DNA from: a virus
Taxonomy: Duplodnaviria; Heunggongvirae; Uroviricota; Caudoviricetes
IMG/VR virus record: IMGVR_UViG_3300035492_000044
Span: 46,179 to 110,178 of that record
Length of the DNA: 64,000 nucleotides
Direction: 5' to 3' (one strand)
Within the stretch, counting starts at the first letter, position 1. Each line of letters begins with the position of its first letter. The position numbers were made by a program, and so were the translations under genes. Below are positions 1-10,174 of this stretch, one piece after another. The notes under the pieces are model-generated. The model ran no database searches, was not told the DNA's origin, and saw only the letters and a program-made list of their open reading frames with translations.

Positions 1-128
1 TCTTGAGAGACTTAAACAGCTTACTTAGTACGACGTTTAGGTACTCTGTAAGCCTGTTAGGTTGGGGTACGGGGTAAATCCGAGTATTCTAGTCCCCGTA
101 CATATTGTGAGAAAATGAGGTAAGTAAC

Positions 129-1049
129 GTGGATCTGAACAAACTGAAAGCTATTGCTGGTGATCTGAAGAAGAACCAGGAAGATCGTAAGAAGAATAGT
201 GGTGGGGGTGATTGGCCTAAGGCTACATTCCTCCCCGATGGTACCCACAAGGGTCGCTTCATCTTCGATCCGAATGAAGAAATCTATACCAAGTACGAGT
301 CCATCGGTTACTTTGCCAATGGTCTTCGTAACCCAGAGAACTACAAAGAGCAGTGGCCAGAAGGCTTCTACAATGAGATCCCCGATCTCAGCAAGGAGCT
401 GACTGGAGAGTACAAGATCTGGAAGTATGGTATGAAGACCAACTTCCTCGTATACTTCTACCTACTGGAGACTGATGCCAAGTCTGAGAACTGGCAGCCT
501 GGCACTCTGTATGCCATTATCGGCAACTGGAAGTTCGAAGATGCATTCACTGATCTTCTGACCAACATGGTGTCTGATGCCCCTGAGAAGATCCTGACCT
601 CCCTCGATCCGTCGAAGCCTGGTCCGGTATTCCAGATCACCTCTCAGGGTGGTAATCAGGGCAAGTGCAACATCTCGGCTACTTTCAAAGAGTCTCCGGA
701 GATCAGTATGGAAGGTCAGGGATACAAGTCCCTGGATGTCGCCTACATCCGTCCTGGCTTCGACCTCGAGAAGTACACCAAGATGGTCAAGGCTATGCGT
801 GAAGAACTGGCTCGATGCAAGCAGCGTCGTGCTGATGCTGGGTCTTCTGAGAAGAAGGAAGAGACTAAAGACGAGCCTAAGGCTCAAGAGTCTTCTTCTC
901 AAGCTCAGAGTGAGTCCACTCAGCAGGAACAATCTTCTACTGACGTGAAGCAGGAAGAAGCTAAGTCGGAGAATGTTGCAGAACAGGCTCAGTCTACTTC
1001 TACCGCTGAATCGACCGATGAGAATCCGTTCGCTAGATTCAAGCGTTAA
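129..1049 (+). CDS. ssDNA-binding protein, T4 gp32-like, with a long acidic S/E/Q-rich C-terminal tail
   Basis: N-terminal segment 'DWPKATFLPDGTHKGRFIFDPNEE' resembles the gp32 'W..L....G.AVIRFLP' region. Acidic low-complexity C-terminus is typical of SSBs. Preceded by a class-B motif at 31-65. Confidence 0.55.
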   Translation: MDLNKLKAIAGDLKKNQEDRKKNSGGGDWPKATFLPDGTHKGRFIFDPNEEIYTKYESIGYFANGLRNPENYKEQWPEGFYNEIPDLSKELTGEYKIWKYGMKTNFLVYFYLLETDAKSENWQPGTLYAIIGNWKFEDAFTDLLTNMVSDAPEKILTSLDPSKPGPVFQITSQGGNQGKCNISATFKESPEISMEGQGYKSLDVAYIRPGFDLEKYTKMVKAMREELARCKQRRADAGSSEKKEETKDEPKAQESSSQAQSESTQQEQSSTDVKQEEAKSENVAEQAQSTSTAESTDENPFARFKR

Positions 1050-1105
1050 GTGTTATGATGGGAGAGTTCGCAAGAGCTCTCCCATTTTATTTAGTGAGGA
1101 ATACC

Positions 1106-1963
1106 ATGCAACGAATAGTTATCGATGGCAACTGGCTAGGCATGAGAAACTTCCATGCTGCTGGTAAGATCCAGGATCGTAGTAAACTGGCCATCTCTAT
1201 CATGCAGTCCCTGTTGAAGATTATCCGGACAGATGAATATCGATCCCAGATTATTGTAGCATGGGACGGTGGTTCTTATCGGTATCGTGGATACCAAGAG
1301 GACTACAAAGAGGGTCGTGAGTATGACGAGGCATATAATTGTCTCTGGGAAGTACTGGCAACTCTACACGAACATCTACCTAAGATTGGCATCCACTCCA
1401 TTAGATGTAAGGGTGTTGAAGCAGATGATCTTGGGTACTATTACGGATGGCGTGCAGTTGAAGAGAATGTGTTCACTCTTCTTACTGCCATCGACCGTGA
1501 CTGGCTCATCTCCATAAATGAGAAGACATCGGTATTCCGTCCTGCTATCAATAAAGCACCTGAAGAGCTGGTTACTCACCAGAACATCGTTGAGAAGTTC
1601 CCTATCCAACACTTCTCCGAGTTCCTTATCTATAAGGCTATCTTCGGAGACGGTTCCGATAATATTCCAGGGGTAACTACTGGTGTTAATATTAACGAAG
1701 CTGTGTGCAAGTATAAGACAGGGCAACTCGGAGCTGATATTGTCGAGAAGATCGACAAGAACATCAACCTCATGCGACTTAATCACATTGTTACGGATAC
1801 AGAAGTCCATGAGATGATCAAAGAGTGTGAGAGTAAAATGGTACTTAATGTGCCTATCAGGGACCCTCTCACTGCTATTTGTGGCACCTTCCCTGAGTAC
1901 TTTAATGGTGTTGTTGGTAAATACCATCGTCTTCGCAAGTCAGAACTGATCGAGAGACTTTAG
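1106..1963 (+). CDS. 5'-3' exonuclease / flap endonuclease (T4 RNase H / PolI 5'-exo family)
   Basis: 'IVIDGNWLGMRNFHA', 'GVEADDL' and 'KAIFGDGSDNIPGV' match FEN/53EXO motifs. RBS 'gagga' before the ATG at 1106. Confidence 0.85.
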   Translation: MQRIVIDGNWLGMRNFHAAGKIQDRSKLAISIMQSLLKIIRTDEYRSQIIVAWDGGSYRYRGYQEDYKEGREYDEAYNCLWEVLATLHEHLPKIGIHSIRCKGVEADDLGYYYGWRAVEENVFTLLTAIDRDWLISINEKTSVFRPAINKAPEELVTHQNIVEKFPIQHFSEFLIYKAIFGDGSDNIPGVTTGVNINEAVCKYKTGQLGADIVEKIDKNINLMRLNHIVTDTEVHEMIKECESKMVLNVPIRDPLTAICGTFPEYFNGVVGKYHRLRKSELIERL

Positions 1964-1964
1964 C

Positions 1965-4742
1965 ATGAAATTTGTTATCTCAAGTGACGTACACATCTTC
2001 GACTTCCAACAGTTCAACTCTGGTGGTAATCGACTGAAGCAGTTCCCGCTTCTAGCTCATCGTCTTAATGCCATTGGTAGAGAGGAGGGGTCTAAGGACC
2101 TCATCCTCGCTGGTGACATTATTCACAAGGCAGTCCTCCGGCCATATGTAGTACACGTAGCTAAGGAGTTCTTCGATATCCTTCGGCTGCACTACACCAA
2201 CATCTATTACATCGTAGCTCAACACGATGCTGATAGTAAGGCTGAAGACTTAGGGTATGGTGATAGTCTTATCCCTATTATCTGCCCAGAAGCTAAGTAC
2301 ATGGACGGCCAGATCCTCGAGTTGGATAACAACCGTACTATGGCCTTCAGCAACTGGCGACCAGAGCAGAATTGGAGTTTCATTAAGGATAAGGTAGACA
2401 TTCTTATCGGGCATCTTACTCTGCATCCTATGTATGGCCAGGAGTACGATTGCAGCAAATACGAACTAGGATTCTTTGGTGACATACACCAGAAGTCCTC
2501 GTATGACAACGGTCGTACTAATACCATCAACGTTCCTATGCCTAACTACATCTCTGATGATCAGGAAGGCAGCGTAGTAGTTCTTGAGACTGATGACTTG
2601 TCATGGAAGCGTGTGCTGACTGAGTCTGAAGACTTCAAGTATCTGAAGATCTACTACGAAGACGAAGTACCTGCAGGTCTGGAAGGATATCCCAACCTAG
2701 CTCTGGTTGGACGATCGAAGGTGGATCCCTCCATTCAGCATATTCACACTTCAGTGAATGTTGATGAAGTAATCAAGGCGATTGTATCTAAGCTGGAGCT
2801 AGGTGAAATTCATAGCCAGCTTACTGGTCAAGTAGATCGTACTGATGTTTCTCCTCTCAATCTGAATTTCCGTCTCCGTACTATGGAGATCAACAACTTC
2901 AGGTCTATAGACAGGTTCGTATATGACTTTGATAGTGGTCTCACTACTATTACTGGCCATAATGGGGCTGGTAAGAGCTCCTTCATGGGAGCCCTTGACT
3001 ACGTACTTCGTGGATCATCCACGGCTCGTACTCTGGTTAAGAAAGGGACAGATAACATGTCTGTCACTATTACACTGGACTACGATGGTCGCTCTCACAC
3101 TATCATTCGTGGTGTTTCTGGTGGCAGCGGCATTATTAAGTACATTGTGGATGGTGAGGAGATGGTTGGAGCTGGCTCTCGTCAGATTGCAGCTGAAATC
3201 TCTGCCAAGCTTCCATTCTTAGCTCACTATGAGCTTATGTACCGTAGCCAGGAAGCTCCGGGACTACTTACCAGTTACGGTTATAATGACCGAATCAATA
3301 TGGTGAGTGAACTCCTGGGTCTTAGTCTGATCGGCAAATACCATGCAGTGGCTAAGACTAAGCTAGCTGAGGCTACCGCTCAGGTTAATCGTCGGAATAC
3401 TGAGATCGAAGGACTCAAGAGAGTTATTCTTGAGTACTCTGATGTTGATTTCTCTCTTCTTGACAATAAGAAGAACCTGGAAGATCAACTGGCATGGACC
3501 AATGAGTATCTCAAGTCCTATGAGGAGGATATGGGCAGACATAGAGAGCTTGCCCTAGTCCAGAATTCGATCAAGTCAACTCAGGACATGATCAATAGCC
3601 TTAATATTACCTTGACTGGTAATGAAGAGGCTGAAATCCAGGAACTACGTAAGCAGATTTCTGATGGGGAGAGCTTGATAGCTGAATTTACATCAGCCAA
3701 TAAGACTCACTCTGATGAAAGAGCAGCTAAGAAGCAGAGAGCCAAGTCCATTGAGAGTGATATTGAATCACTTAAGAAGCAGACTACTGGTGTTATGACT
3801 GCATGTCCTAGCTGTAAACGTGCATTCGATCCTTCGGATTATGAGAATGTTCTACAACACCTTCAGGATGAGATAGCCAAGAAGACTGAAGAGGCTAATC
3901 TGATACTCGAAGATATCCAGAAGACTGCTGAGCCTCCTCATGCAGAGTCTGATATCACTGAGATCAGAAATATCCTCAACGATCTTCGCAGCAAGATAAC
4001 CACTATCAATACTAAGATTGAGAACTACAATAAAGTTCGAGGTCTGGAAGAGAAGATGGTTACCCTCAAGCTACAGGAAGTTGGCATTCAAGCATCTATC
4101 AAGTATAAGCTGGATGAGATTACTAGTAAGAAGTCGGAGTTGCAAGGTCTGGCTGATGAATGCAATCGTCAACTGGGTGCTATCGATGGACTTCAGAAGC
4201 AATGGGATAAGCTCAAGTCATCTAAGACTGAACTGGCCGATGCTGAGAAGTGCTTAGAGGAGGATATTGCTACTAAGGAAGTACTTACTAAGTACGCAGG
4301 TATCTTCGCTCCGAGTGGTGATGTCACTGCATCTGTGTTCAAGTGTGTGGCTGATGAGATGACTGATGGTCGATTCAAGGTTCGTACCGTACGTGAGCTT
4401 GCTAGTGGTGAGACTCGCATTGACTTTGACATCGAACTCCAGGTTCACGATCTGATGCTACCTTATGGGGAACTGTCGGGAGGTCAACGTACCTATGCTG
4501 ACCTGTTCTTCATGAGTAAGCTGTTCAAGATGTCAGGTGTCGTAGGATGCTTGATTCTTGATGAATCACTTCGAGCTCTGGACCCAGATGCACTTGAAGA
4601 AGTTGTAGCTGAGATCAAGAGTGCTCCTATCAACAGCATCATTCTATCGACTCACGTAGAATCATTCCAGTTCTACGATGCCCGTCTGATGGCGCAACTG
4701 GTGGATAACACTACCAGATTCAGCGTTCACGGTAAGGTGTAA
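1965..4742 (+). CDS. Fused Mre11/SbcD-like phosphoesterase nuclease plus Rad50/SbcC-like ABC ATPase in one polypeptide
   Basis: N-terminus 'MKFVISSDVH..LILAGDIIH..IVAQHD..GHLTL' matches gp47/Mre11 metallophosphatase motifs. Then Walker A 'GHNGAGKSS', long coiled coil, zinc hook 'CPSCKRAF', signature 'LSGGQRTYADLFF', Walker B 'CLILDES'. Confidence 0.85.
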   Translation: MKFVISSDVHIFDFQQFNSGGNRLKQFPLLAHRLNAIGREEGSKDLILAGDIIHKAVLRPYVVHVAKEFFDILRLHYTNIYYIVAQHDADSKAEDLGYGDSLIPIICPEAKYMDGQILELDNNRTMAFSNWRPEQNWSFIKDKVDILIGHLTLHPMYGQEYDCSKYELGFFGDIHQKSSYDNGRTNTINVPMPNYISDDQEGSVVVLETDDLSWKRVLTESEDFKYLKIYYEDEVPAGLEGYPNLALVGRSKVDPSIQHIHTSVNVDEVIKAIVSKLELGEIHSQLTGQVDRTDVSPLNLNFRLRTMEINNFRSIDRFVYDFDSGLTTITGHNGAGKSSFMGALDYVLRGSSTARTLVKKGTDNMSVTITLDYDGRSHTIIRGVSGGSGIIKYIVDGEEMVGAGSRQIAAEISAKLPFLAHYELMYRSQEAPGLLTSYGYNDRINMVSELLGLSLIGKYHAVAKTKLAEATAQVNRRNTEIEGLKRVILEYSDVDFSLLDNKKNLEDQLAWTNEYLKSYEEDMGRHRELALVQNSIKSTQDMINSLNITLTGNEEAEIQELRKQISDGESLIAEFTSANKTHSDERAAKKQRAKSIESDIESLKKQTTGVMTACPSCKRAFDPSDYENVLQHLQDEIAKKTEEANLILEDIQKTAEPPHAESDITEIRNILNDLRSKITTINTKIENYNKVRGLEEKMVTLKLQEVGIQASIKYKLDEITSKKSELQGLADECNRQLGAIDGLQKQWDKLKSSKTELADAEKCLEEDIATKEVLTKYAGIFAPSGDVTASVFKCVADEMTDGRFKVRTVRELASGETRIDFDIELQVHDLMLPYGELSGGQRTYADLFFMSKLFKMSGVVGCLILDESLRALDPDALEEVVAEIKSAPINSIILSTHVESFQFYDARLMAQLVDNTTRFSVHGKV

Positions 4743-4750
4743 TTTGATTA

Positions 4751-4784
4751 GGGATAGTGGAGAAATCTGCTATCCCTTTTCATA
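4751..4784 (+). terminator. rho-independent terminator
   Basis: GGGATAG..CTATCCC hairpin + TTTTCAT after the SbcCD-like gene. Confidence 0.6.
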
Positions 4785-4796
4785 TGCAAAAATAGA

Positions 4797-4845
4797 GGGC
4801 GCTTACAGACGTCTAAAGCCAGTTAGGTTGGAAGGGGAATTCCCC
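4797..4845 (+). promoter_or_regulatory. Class-A conserved motif GGGCGCTTA-N9-AAAGCCAGTTARGGTGGAAG + GC hairpin (GGGGAATTCCCC)
   Basis: One of 9 near-identical copies: 4797, 16567, 22254, 28440, 32177, 57580, 61978, 62336, 63742. All on + strand, 25-60 nt upstream of a start codon. Confidence 0.6.
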
Positions 4846-4885
4846 AAATCAAAGCCAGTAAAAGGAAATGATCTTGAAAAATAAC

Positions 4886-5038
4886 ATGGTTCCGTTTGAT
4901 GCATCTTCGGTTGAATTCCTTATCACCAGCTACGACCCATTCGCTGGTGTATTCAACTGCGTTGACTCGGAGTTCAATGAATTCCGGGTATTCAAATGCA
5001 AGACTACTGGTAACCTGTTTATGGAGAAGTCGGTATGA
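4886..5038 (+). CDS. small hypothetical protein (50 aa)
   Basis: ORF found by eye below the track's size cutoff; lies between class-A motif 4797 and the next gene; ATGA overlap with the following ORF. Confidence 0.3.
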   Translation: MVPFDASSVEFLITSYDPFAGVFNCVDSEFNEFRVFKCKTTGNLFMEKSV

Positions 5039-5196
5039 AATTCAAATCTGGTCAGTCTTTCAAATATAAGGACAGGTACTTCGAAGTACTTGAACTGAAC
5101 ACTAATGAAGGGGCCTACATTTGCCTGGACGACCAGGAGGTTGTAGTTACCTTCCTAGTGACTGACGAGTCCGAGATGGAATTAGTGGAAGACTAA
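5035..5196 (+). CDS. small hypothetical protein (53 aa)
   Basis: ORF found by eye; translationally coupled to the upstream small ORF. Confidence 0.3.
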   Translation: MKFKSGQSFKYKDRYFEVLELNTNEGAYICLDDQEVVVTFLVTDESEMELVED

Positions 5197-5198
5197 AA

Positions 5199-5243
5199 CG
5201 ACGTTTTCTCATGTCGAAACCCTGTTAGGGGGAACGGTTCCCT
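5199..5243 (+). promoter_or_regulatory. Class-B conserved motif CGACGTTT-N7-10-TCGAAACCCTGTTAGGGTGGAAG + hairpin
   Basis: One of ~16 copies: 31, 5199, 8954, 9112, 12165, 17377, 26218, 33032, 34478, 35896, 36155, 36319, 41503, 43638, 47890, 52466. Some are degenerate. Confidence 0.6.
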
Positions 5244-5270
5244 TCCCTCTAACGTGATTGCGAGGACACT

Positions 5271-7268
5271 ATGTCGGCAGACATTAAGATTACAAAGTTG
5301 GTGTACCCGGAGACTATCCGCCAGAACGTGGGTATGTATCTGGGCGAGACTAAGGACTACACCACTCCGCTTCGTGAGATTATCAACAACTCCGAAGACG
5401 AAATCCTGAATAACCACGCCACTTGGATGCTGGTAGTCAACAAAGACAACGCCAAGATGGTCGTGGATAATGGCCGTGGTCTTCCAATCTACGAAGATCC
5501 TGACCATCCTGGTCGAGTGATTGCTCACTCCACCTTCACCGATGTCCACTCTGGTTCCAAGTTCGATAACCCGGATGAGGTTACTTCTGGTATCCACGGT
5601 GTAGGATCGTCGGCAGTAAACGCAGTAAGTGCACGCTACTGTGTGGCTGTCAACCTGAAGAAGAAAGATCTCAGCAAGACGACAGCAGCAATTCGTGCTG
5701 AAGTTGAGAACGAGAAGCTGAATAACCCCATCCTCTACATCGAGTACCAGAAGGGTCTGCTAGTGGCAGATCAAGTGCTGGATGGTGTCGAGTCTCTGAA
5801 GAATGTCTGGGGAGAAGATGTCCCTGAAGACTTTAGTACCGCAGTATTCATGGTACCGGACACCGATATCTACCAGTCCGGTCGAGCTAAGGTCTCGATG
5901 CTTCCGATTCAAATCATCCTGCAGGATAAGCCCAATGTGCGGATTACGGTGGACGGAGTAGAGGCTGAGCCCTACGACTTCGCTAAGTCCCTGGGTGATG
6001 AGGTAGCTCTATTCGAAGAAACTACTCTCAACTTCGAATACGAGCACAACTCCAGGCTGAAGATCAAAGGTGTGTTTGGTTTCGATACCAACACTATGAA
6101 CTACAACCACACCAGCTTGATTAACCTGATCGAGAACCCAGAAGGTGGTCTGATTGAGCGGGTAGTAACCCGAGCTCTTGGTGAATCCTTCAAGAAGCTG
6201 CATAGTGCACTTACCCCTTCGGATATCCGCATGGGGTTCAACCTGTTCACATCCAGCTTCAGCTCGTACAAGAAGAGCTTCGGATCTCAGACTAAGGAGA
6301 AACTGGTCAGCCTAGGTCTGCCAATGCACGAGGCATTGAGTAAGCTGAAGCTGCAGGGTCTGGAGGAGACTCCTGAGAATCTCTCGATTTACACCGTGAG
6401 TGAGGGGGAGATTCGTGATGGCCTGATCAAGTTCTTCGACAAGTTCATTAGCAAGAACAAGGCATTCTTCGAACTGCTAGCTGCTCGAGTAATTGAGTAT
6501 AAGCGTCAGATGAACCGCCTGTCTAGCATGGACTTCGTCAAGTCCAAGGTAATCATGGGCGATGAGAGTGACCGTAAGCGCTCTAATATCGCAGATGCTG
6601 CTAAGGTCTACGAGGCATCCTCGAGTGACTGGAAGCGACGTGAGCTCTACCTAACCGAGGGTCTCTCAGCATCAGGTGGCTTGATTAAGTTCCGTGATAA
6701 ACAACTTCAGTCCATTCTCCCACTTCGTGGTAAGATCCTGAACTGCTCTACCATGGAAGATGTTGACCTGGTGTCTAATGGTGAACTGCTGGCGGTGATT
6801 AACACCGTAGGTTGTGGTCTCGGAGAACTGGCCGATATCACCAAGTCCCGTTACGGCAAGATCATCATCGCAACAGACTCCGACTCGGACGGTAGCCATA
6901 TCGCCAACCTGATCCTTGCGATCTTCCTGATTCACGCCAGACCTCTGGTTGAAGCAGGTATGGTGTACAAGCTGACTCCTCCTTACTACCACGTGAAGAC
7001 AGGTAAGGAAGAGGCTTACTACAGCCACGCTGAACGTGACCTGATCGATTTCAATAAGTCGACGGTAACTAAGCGTAAGGGTCTTGGATCCTACAGCCCG
7101 GATGAAGTGAAAAAGTTCATGGTTAATCCGAGTACTCGCTGCCTTACCCAGATTACTCTGGATTCGGTGGATGAAGACACTCTGAAGCAAGCGATCTCCC
7201 TGCTCTACTCTAGCGCAGCACGTAAGAAGCTGATGATCGAAACTGGCGTACTGCGAGACGAGGAATAA
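5271..7268 (+). CDS. Type II DNA topoisomerase large subunit (GHKL ATPase + TOPRIM; T4 gp39/gp60-like)
   Basis: 'DNGRGLPI', 'IHGVGSSAVNAVS', TOPRIM 'YLTEGLSASG', 'IIIATDSDSDGSHI'. Confidence 0.9.
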   Translation: MSADIKITKLVYPETIRQNVGMYLGETKDYTTPLREIINNSEDEILNNHATWMLVVNKDNAKMVVDNGRGLPIYEDPDHPGRVIAHSTFTDVHSGSKFDNPDEVTSGIHGVGSSAVNAVSARYCVAVNLKKKDLSKTTAAIRAEVENEKLNNPILYIEYQKGLLVADQVLDGVESLKNVWGEDVPEDFSTAVFMVPDTDIYQSGRAKVSMLPIQIILQDKPNVRITVDGVEAEPYDFAKSLGDEVALFEETTLNFEYEHNSRLKIKGVFGFDTNTMNYNHTSLINLIENPEGGLIERVVTRALGESFKKLHSALTPSDIRMGFNLFTSSFSSYKKSFGSQTKEKLVSLGLPMHEALSKLKLQGLEETPENLSIYTVSEGEIRDGLIKFFDKFISKNKAFFELLAARVIEYKRQMNRLSSMDFVKSKVIMGDESDRKRSNIADAAKVYEASSSDWKRRELYLTEGLSASGGLIKFRDKQLQSILPLRGKILNCSTMEDVDLVSNGELLAVINTVGCGLGELADITKSRYGKIIIATDSDSDGSHIANLILAIFLIHARPLVEAGMVYKLTPPYYHVKTGKEEAYYSHAERDLIDFNKSTVTKRKGLGSYSPDEVKKFMVNPSTRCLTQITLDSVDEDTLKQAISLLYSSAARKKLMIETGVLRDEE

Positions 7269-7271
7269 GAA

Positions 7272-8519
7272 ATGACTGAAGCAATTCAAATCTCTGCTGA
7301 CAAGTTCCTGGTTGATAACTATCAGGACTACGGCAGTTACATCAACTTCAACCGAGTAATTCCTGGAGTTGATGGTCTCAAGCCATCGCTGCGTCGTATC
7401 CTGATGGCTCTTCATAAGGTAGCTGGTGGCTCACTTACCAGCACGGTGAATGCCATCGGTGCTACTCAGGTCTACCACCCATTCGGTGACATGTCCATCT
7501 TCAACACGATGACGGATATGGCCCGAGTTGGTGCAGTAGATAGCTTCGGTGACTTCGGAATCAAGCTGATCGAATCGGTCGATGCCTCTGCTCCTCGTTA
7601 TACCAAGGTAGGTCTGTCCAAGTCCCAAGACGACTACTACTTCAAGCTGCTGAACTACACTCCGCAGGTTGAAGGTGAAGAAACTATGGAGCCTGAGTTC
7701 CTTCTGGTTCCTGTTCCGTACTCTCTGATCTACGGCACCATGTCCTGGGGTCTGGGTATCAACGTCAGATCTCCGGCCTTCACTTACGACTCCATTGTGG
7801 AAGCGTATCGGTCAGATGACCCCAGCAAGCTAGTCCCTCAGTATGGCTATAAGATCAATCGTAGCCAGAGTGACCTAGAGGAACTCTGGAATAGAGGTAC
7901 TGGACGAGTAGCTCTGGGGTATAAGGTAGAGCGACTTGATTCGGACACCGTCCTTATGATTGGCTCTGGTGAGGTGTTTACTCCCAAGCTAGCTGCCTTC
8001 GGTAAATGGACTGAAGAGGGTCAGATCAAGGTAACTAACGAGTCCGACGAGAAGGTGATCATCCGGATTACCAGAATCAAGGGTGCTCGTAAGGTCAATA
8101 TGGACGAGGTCTACGAGACTGCAGTTCGAATTGGTACCAACATCCGACGCTACGATATCCGGATCGTACACGAGGGTAAGATTATCCGCCTCGGTATGAA
8201 GGACTGGCTGGATGTGACGATGACTCTGTTCAAGCAGAAGTACGAACAGTTCAAGTCAGATCGAGTTGCTAAGCTGGAAGAGGAGATCCGTGTACTGGAG
8301 ATCCTACCAGAAGTAGGTAAGCTGATTCTGGCTGGTAAGAGTAATGAGGAAATCGCTGATGCTGTCAAGGCTTCTGCCGAGGATGTAGCCAAGTGTATGA
8401 AGAAGCCTGTAGGCATGCTTCGTAAGGGTGAATTCACTGCAGAGATCAAGTCCAATGAAGACAAGATCAAGGCTATCAAAGCAGAGTCTGCCGAAGACCT
8501 GATTACCAAGGGCATGTAA
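7272..8519 (+). CDS. Type II DNA topoisomerase DNA breakage-reunion subunit (T4 gp52 / GyrA-like)
   Basis: 'GLKPSLRRILMAL' and the active-site region 'APRYTKVGLSKS'. Confidence 0.85.
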   Translation: MTEAIQISADKFLVDNYQDYGSYINFNRVIPGVDGLKPSLRRILMALHKVAGGSLTSTVNAIGATQVYHPFGDMSIFNTMTDMARVGAVDSFGDFGIKLIESVDASAPRYTKVGLSKSQDDYYFKLLNYTPQVEGEETMEPEFLLVPVPYSLIYGTMSWGLGINVRSPAFTYDSIVEAYRSDDPSKLVPQYGYKINRSQSDLEELWNRGTGRVALGYKVERLDSDTVLMIGSGEVFTPKLAAFGKWTEEGQIKVTNESDEKVIIRITRIKGARKVNMDEVYETAVRIGTNIRRYDIRIVHEGKIIRLGMKDWLDVTMTLFKQKYEQFKSDRVAKLEEEIRVLEILPEVGKLILAGKSNEEIADAVKASAEDVAKCMKKPVGMLRKGEFTAEIKSNEDKIKAIKAESAEDLITKGM

Positions 8520-8525
8520 TAAGTA

Positions 8526-8558
8526 GGGTGGGTGAAATATCCCACCCTATATTATTTT
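8526..8558 (+). terminator. rho-independent terminator (GGGTGGG..CCCACCC + TATATTATTTT)
   Basis: Hairpin + T-run after the topoisomerase genes. Confidence 0.65.
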
Positions 8559-8569
8559 GTAGGTGGCTC

Positions 8570-8938
8570 ATGATTGCATATCATTTCTCCCATCATGTGT
8601 TTAATCGTCCGGACTATGCCCAGATTCGAGCTAATCGAACTAACCATGAGAATGGCGCTCTAGGTCTATGGGTGGCGATGGAAGACACATGGGCCAGAGG
8701 CTTCGGAGAGAATAAGTATACTATCTGTTTTGATGATAGTCAAGCTTATCAGTTACCTGTCCATAAATTATCTCTAATGAGATTTGACGAGGAGCAGTTC
8801 TCGCAGATGAGAGATAATCTTATGGAGAAGGGGTATAAAGTAATTCACATAGTTGAGTCTAGTGGATCAATTGATATGATGGTCATTATGGACTTTGATT
8901 GTATCATTGATATCAAACATCAGAAAATAACTTCGTGA
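8570..8938 (+). CDS. hypothetical protein
   Basis: ORF; start moved to the ATG after RBS 'aggtgg' because the track start lies inside the terminator hairpin. Confidence 0.4.
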   Translation: MIAYHFSHHVFNRPDYAQIRANRTNHENGALGLWVAMEDTWARGFGENKYTICFDDSQAYQLPVHKLSLMRFDEEQFSQMRDNLMEKGYKVIHIVESSGSIDMMVIMDFDCIIDIKHQKITS

Positions 8939-9172
8939 AAAGTACAATCAGACCGACGTTTTAATCGCTCGAAACCCTGTTGGGGTGGAGGGCGGGTAGT
9001 AGGCCCAAGTGCTCTAGGATGCTCAGGCATCCTAGCCTACTTAATACACTACCACTATCAGGAGAGGAAAATAGAGGATATACATGAAGAGTGCACTTAT
9101 GAAAAATAGTACGACGTTCATGTACCTCGAAACCCTGTTAGGGTGGATTCCCCAATCACTAGGACCCAATAA

Positions 9173-10174
9173 ATGAACAATCTGGATTTACGTGCAGTAG
9201 TATTGCCAAAGGCAATCATCGAGAAATTCCTGAGCATCGAGAAAGAAGTACTCGAGTCTGGCAATCTGGCATGGTCAGTCTACGACAAGAACTGGTGGAA
9301 TGATGGTGGCATCTTCCGTATCCCAGTATCCAGCAATTGCACTGGTCAACTACTGGTAGCTATGTACCACATAGCTAAGCACGGTATCAAAGCTCTAGTC
9401 TACCCGAAGAATACCTTCGAGGGAATCAAGACTACTTATCGTATGCTTCATGCATTCGGTATTCAGACATACCAAGTGGATATGGGTCTCAATAACACCA
9501 ATATCCCATCTGCGGAAGATATCCGTGAACTCACTGGCCATTTTATCGATGACGTGCTTCTGGTAGCTACCAACATTGGTGGCATGAAGTTCGACTACGA
9601 TACCAGCGATTACCTCCATGTAATGCTGGATGGTGCACATGCCCAGTTCCTGGAATATGAAGAAGACGAGAACTACGACTCGGTAGTATACAGCTTCTTC
9701 GCTACTAAGTCTACTCCGGTGGGAGAAGGTGGTCTCATCGCTACTCGTGATGAAGAAATGGCTGACTGGCTCATCCAGACCCTTATGTACGACAAGCCTC
9801 ACTTCAAGGCTCTAGGTCTGAACTTCCGTGTATCTACGGCCACCGCTCTGAAGATGCGTTACCTCCTAACTAGTGGGGAGTCTACCAGTACTCTTCTCGA
9901 GCACAGAGTTGATATTTGGCAGATGTATGCCAAAGTATGTACTGAACTTGGAGTGAGCTTTGTCAATCCTCGTTCTGGTACCATGAACGGGTATAAGTTC
10001 ATGATTACCGATCCTCGGATCACTGACATGGAATGCCTGACTACCAGTAAGGCATTCGAACTGTACCACAACGTCTGCCCGGCTACTTATCCTCAACTGT
10101 CTGAGCAACTGCCAGAACTGGAAAGAGTATTCCGCAGTATCATCACCAAGAATCTGGAGAAAGCTTCAGCATGA
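9173..10174 (+). CDS. DegT/DnrJ/EryC1-like PLP sugar aminotransferase (short form)
   Basis: 'SFFATKSTPVGEGGLIATRDEEMADWL' resembles the DegT 'SFHxxKxxxxGEGG' lysine region. Preceded by two class-B motifs. Confidence 0.5.
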   Translation: MNNLDLRAVVLPKAIIEKFLSIEKEVLESGNLAWSVYDKNWWNDGGIFRIPVSSNCTGQLLVAMYHIAKHGIKALVYPKNTFEGIKTTYRMLHAFGIQTYQVDMGLNNTNIPSAEDIRELTGHFIDDVLLVATNIGGMKFDYDTSDYLHVMLDGAHAQFLEYEEDENYDSVVYSFFATKSTPVGEGGLIATRDEEMADWLIQTLMYDKPHFKALGLNFRVSTATALKMRYLLTSGESTSTLLEHRVDIWQMYAKVCTELGVSFVNPRSGTMNGYKFMITDPRITDMECLTTSKAFELYHNVCPATYPQLSEQLPELERVFRSIITKNLEKASA

